Source: Deltaproteobacteria bacterium (GTDB lineage Bacteria; Desulfobacterota; Dissulfuribacteria; Dissulfuribacterales; UBA3076). Taken from it: DNA of 64,000 bases. The notes beneath the pieces are model-generated. The model did no database searches. It had not been told where the DNA came from and saw only the letters and a list, made by a program, of their open reading frames with translations. This document shows, piece by piece, positions 63,415 to 64,000 of the stretch (position 1 is its first letter; each line of letters begins with the position of its first letter). Both the position numbers and the translations under genes were made by a program. The DNA is taken from NCBI GenBank assembly GCA_018399745.1, contig JAGYNZ010000005.1:23765-87764 (forward strand), read 5' to 3'.

Positions 63415-63876
63415 ATGAGCTTTCTGTTTTATATTAAATTATATCATAGACTTACAATAGTAGGGGTTTTGTCTGTTGTCAGTTTAAGCTTATTGCCGGG
63501 ATGTCAGAGACAGGATCAGGGAGAGATATTAAAGGCGAGGGCCCTTGAATATTGGAATCTGGTGAACTCGGAAGATACCATAAAGGCTTATGAATTCGAA
63601 TATCCGGTATACAGGAAGAAAATCTCAGTTAATCAGTATGTTAAACGTTTCTCTCCTTTTAAGCACTATAGGGAGATAAATGTTTCAGATATAAGATTTC
63701 AACCCGGGGAAGAGACTGCAGATGTACGCATGGAGGTCTTATTAGAGATTAATTCACCTGCGGGACAAGGTTCATTTGTTAAAAGAGTTGAATTTACCGA
63801 TCGATGGATAAAAGTAGATAATAATCTTTGGTACCACGTGCCTAAGTCAAGCAAGAAAAAGAGCCACATTTCGTAA
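63415..63876 (+). CDS. Small lipoprotein, NTF2/DUF4878-like architecture (distant paralogue of 60302-60775)
   Basis: It has lipobox LSLLPGC, then ALEYWNLVNSEDTIKAYEFEYPVYRKKISVNQY...DRWIKVDNNLWYHV. Confidence 0.7.
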   Translation: MSFLFYIKLYHRLTIVGVLSVVSLSLLPGCQRQDQGEILKARALEYWNLVNSEDTIKAYEFEYPVYRKKISVNQYVKRFSPFKHYREINVSDIRFQPGEETADVRMEVLLEINSPAGQGSFVKRVEFTDRWIKVDNNLWYHVPKSSKKKSHIS

Positions 63877-63990
63877 TTATTGCGGAAGGGAGGTGATGTT
63901 GTAGAGCTACAGAGGCTAATGGGAGATGGAAAAATAAATATATTATTATCTTGTGGCACATAACTAAAAAGTATTTTAAGGAGAATTATT

Positions 63991-64000
63991 ATGAAGAAAT
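63991..64000 (+). CDS. Start of an unidentified gene running off the window
   Basis: ATGAAGAAAT is preceded by AAGGAGA (63978-63984) at 6-nt spacing. Only 3 codons are visible. Confidence 0.35.

Overview
This window looks like a chromosomal segment from an anaerobic, Desulfobacterota-like genome, judged from gene content only. It has three parts.

**1. Core metabolism and housekeeping (1-35 kb).**
- Wood-Ljungdahl genes: acsC (partial), acsE, and a fused metF/metV.
- fbp, plus a NuoE/NuoF-like pair and a selenocysteine formate dehydrogenase. The ORF track splits this FDH at an in-frame TGA (6430-6432), which is followed by a SECIS-like hairpin.
- Other housekeeping genes: an EF-G paralogue, MogA/MoaB, ychF, hpt, a minimal sufCB, nadE, a YhaM-like HD protein, holB, a PSP1/RicT protein, metG, selB and an aminotransferase.
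- An extended ferrous-iron locus at 12.9-19.7 kb: DtxR-family regulator, feoA, feoA, feoB, a small Cys-rich periplasmic protein, a DUF4198-like protein and an outer-membrane porin.

**2. Glycan/glycolipid island (35-56.3 kb, about 21 kb).**
- Export genes: wzm and wzt (split), with the wzt product carrying a C-terminal extra domain.
- wecB, several methyltransferases, and a polyprenol-phosphate GT2 gene divergent from a frameshifted GT-C-like membrane gene.
- A tightly coupled block: LpxL-like acyltransferase, two radical-SAM/SPASM enzymes, a methyltransferase and a GNAT.
- An 850-aa PIG-L/GT2/coiled-coil/methyltransferase fusion.
- A visibly AT-richer 1518-aa GT2/coiled-coil/GT2/GT4 protein with a near-perfect 72-bp tandem duplication inside the coiled coil.

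**3. AT-rich cluster of secreted proteins and lipoproteins of unknown function (56.9-64 kb).** It carries Ser/Gly and Cys-rich tandem repeats.

**Recurring non-coding structure.** Inverted-repeat elements built from tandem heptamers (GAAATTG or TGAATNN) sit directly on or after the stop codons of fdhA, the mogA-like gene, selB and the last island GT. Two of them carry decayed four-helix-bundle (23S-rRNA-IVS-type) genes.

**What is absent.** I saw no rRNA, tRNA, CRISPR array, transposase or integrase.

**Best candidates for something undescribed.** These are the radical-SAM-containing glycan-modification module and its coiled-coil enzymes, followed by the heptamer IR elements.
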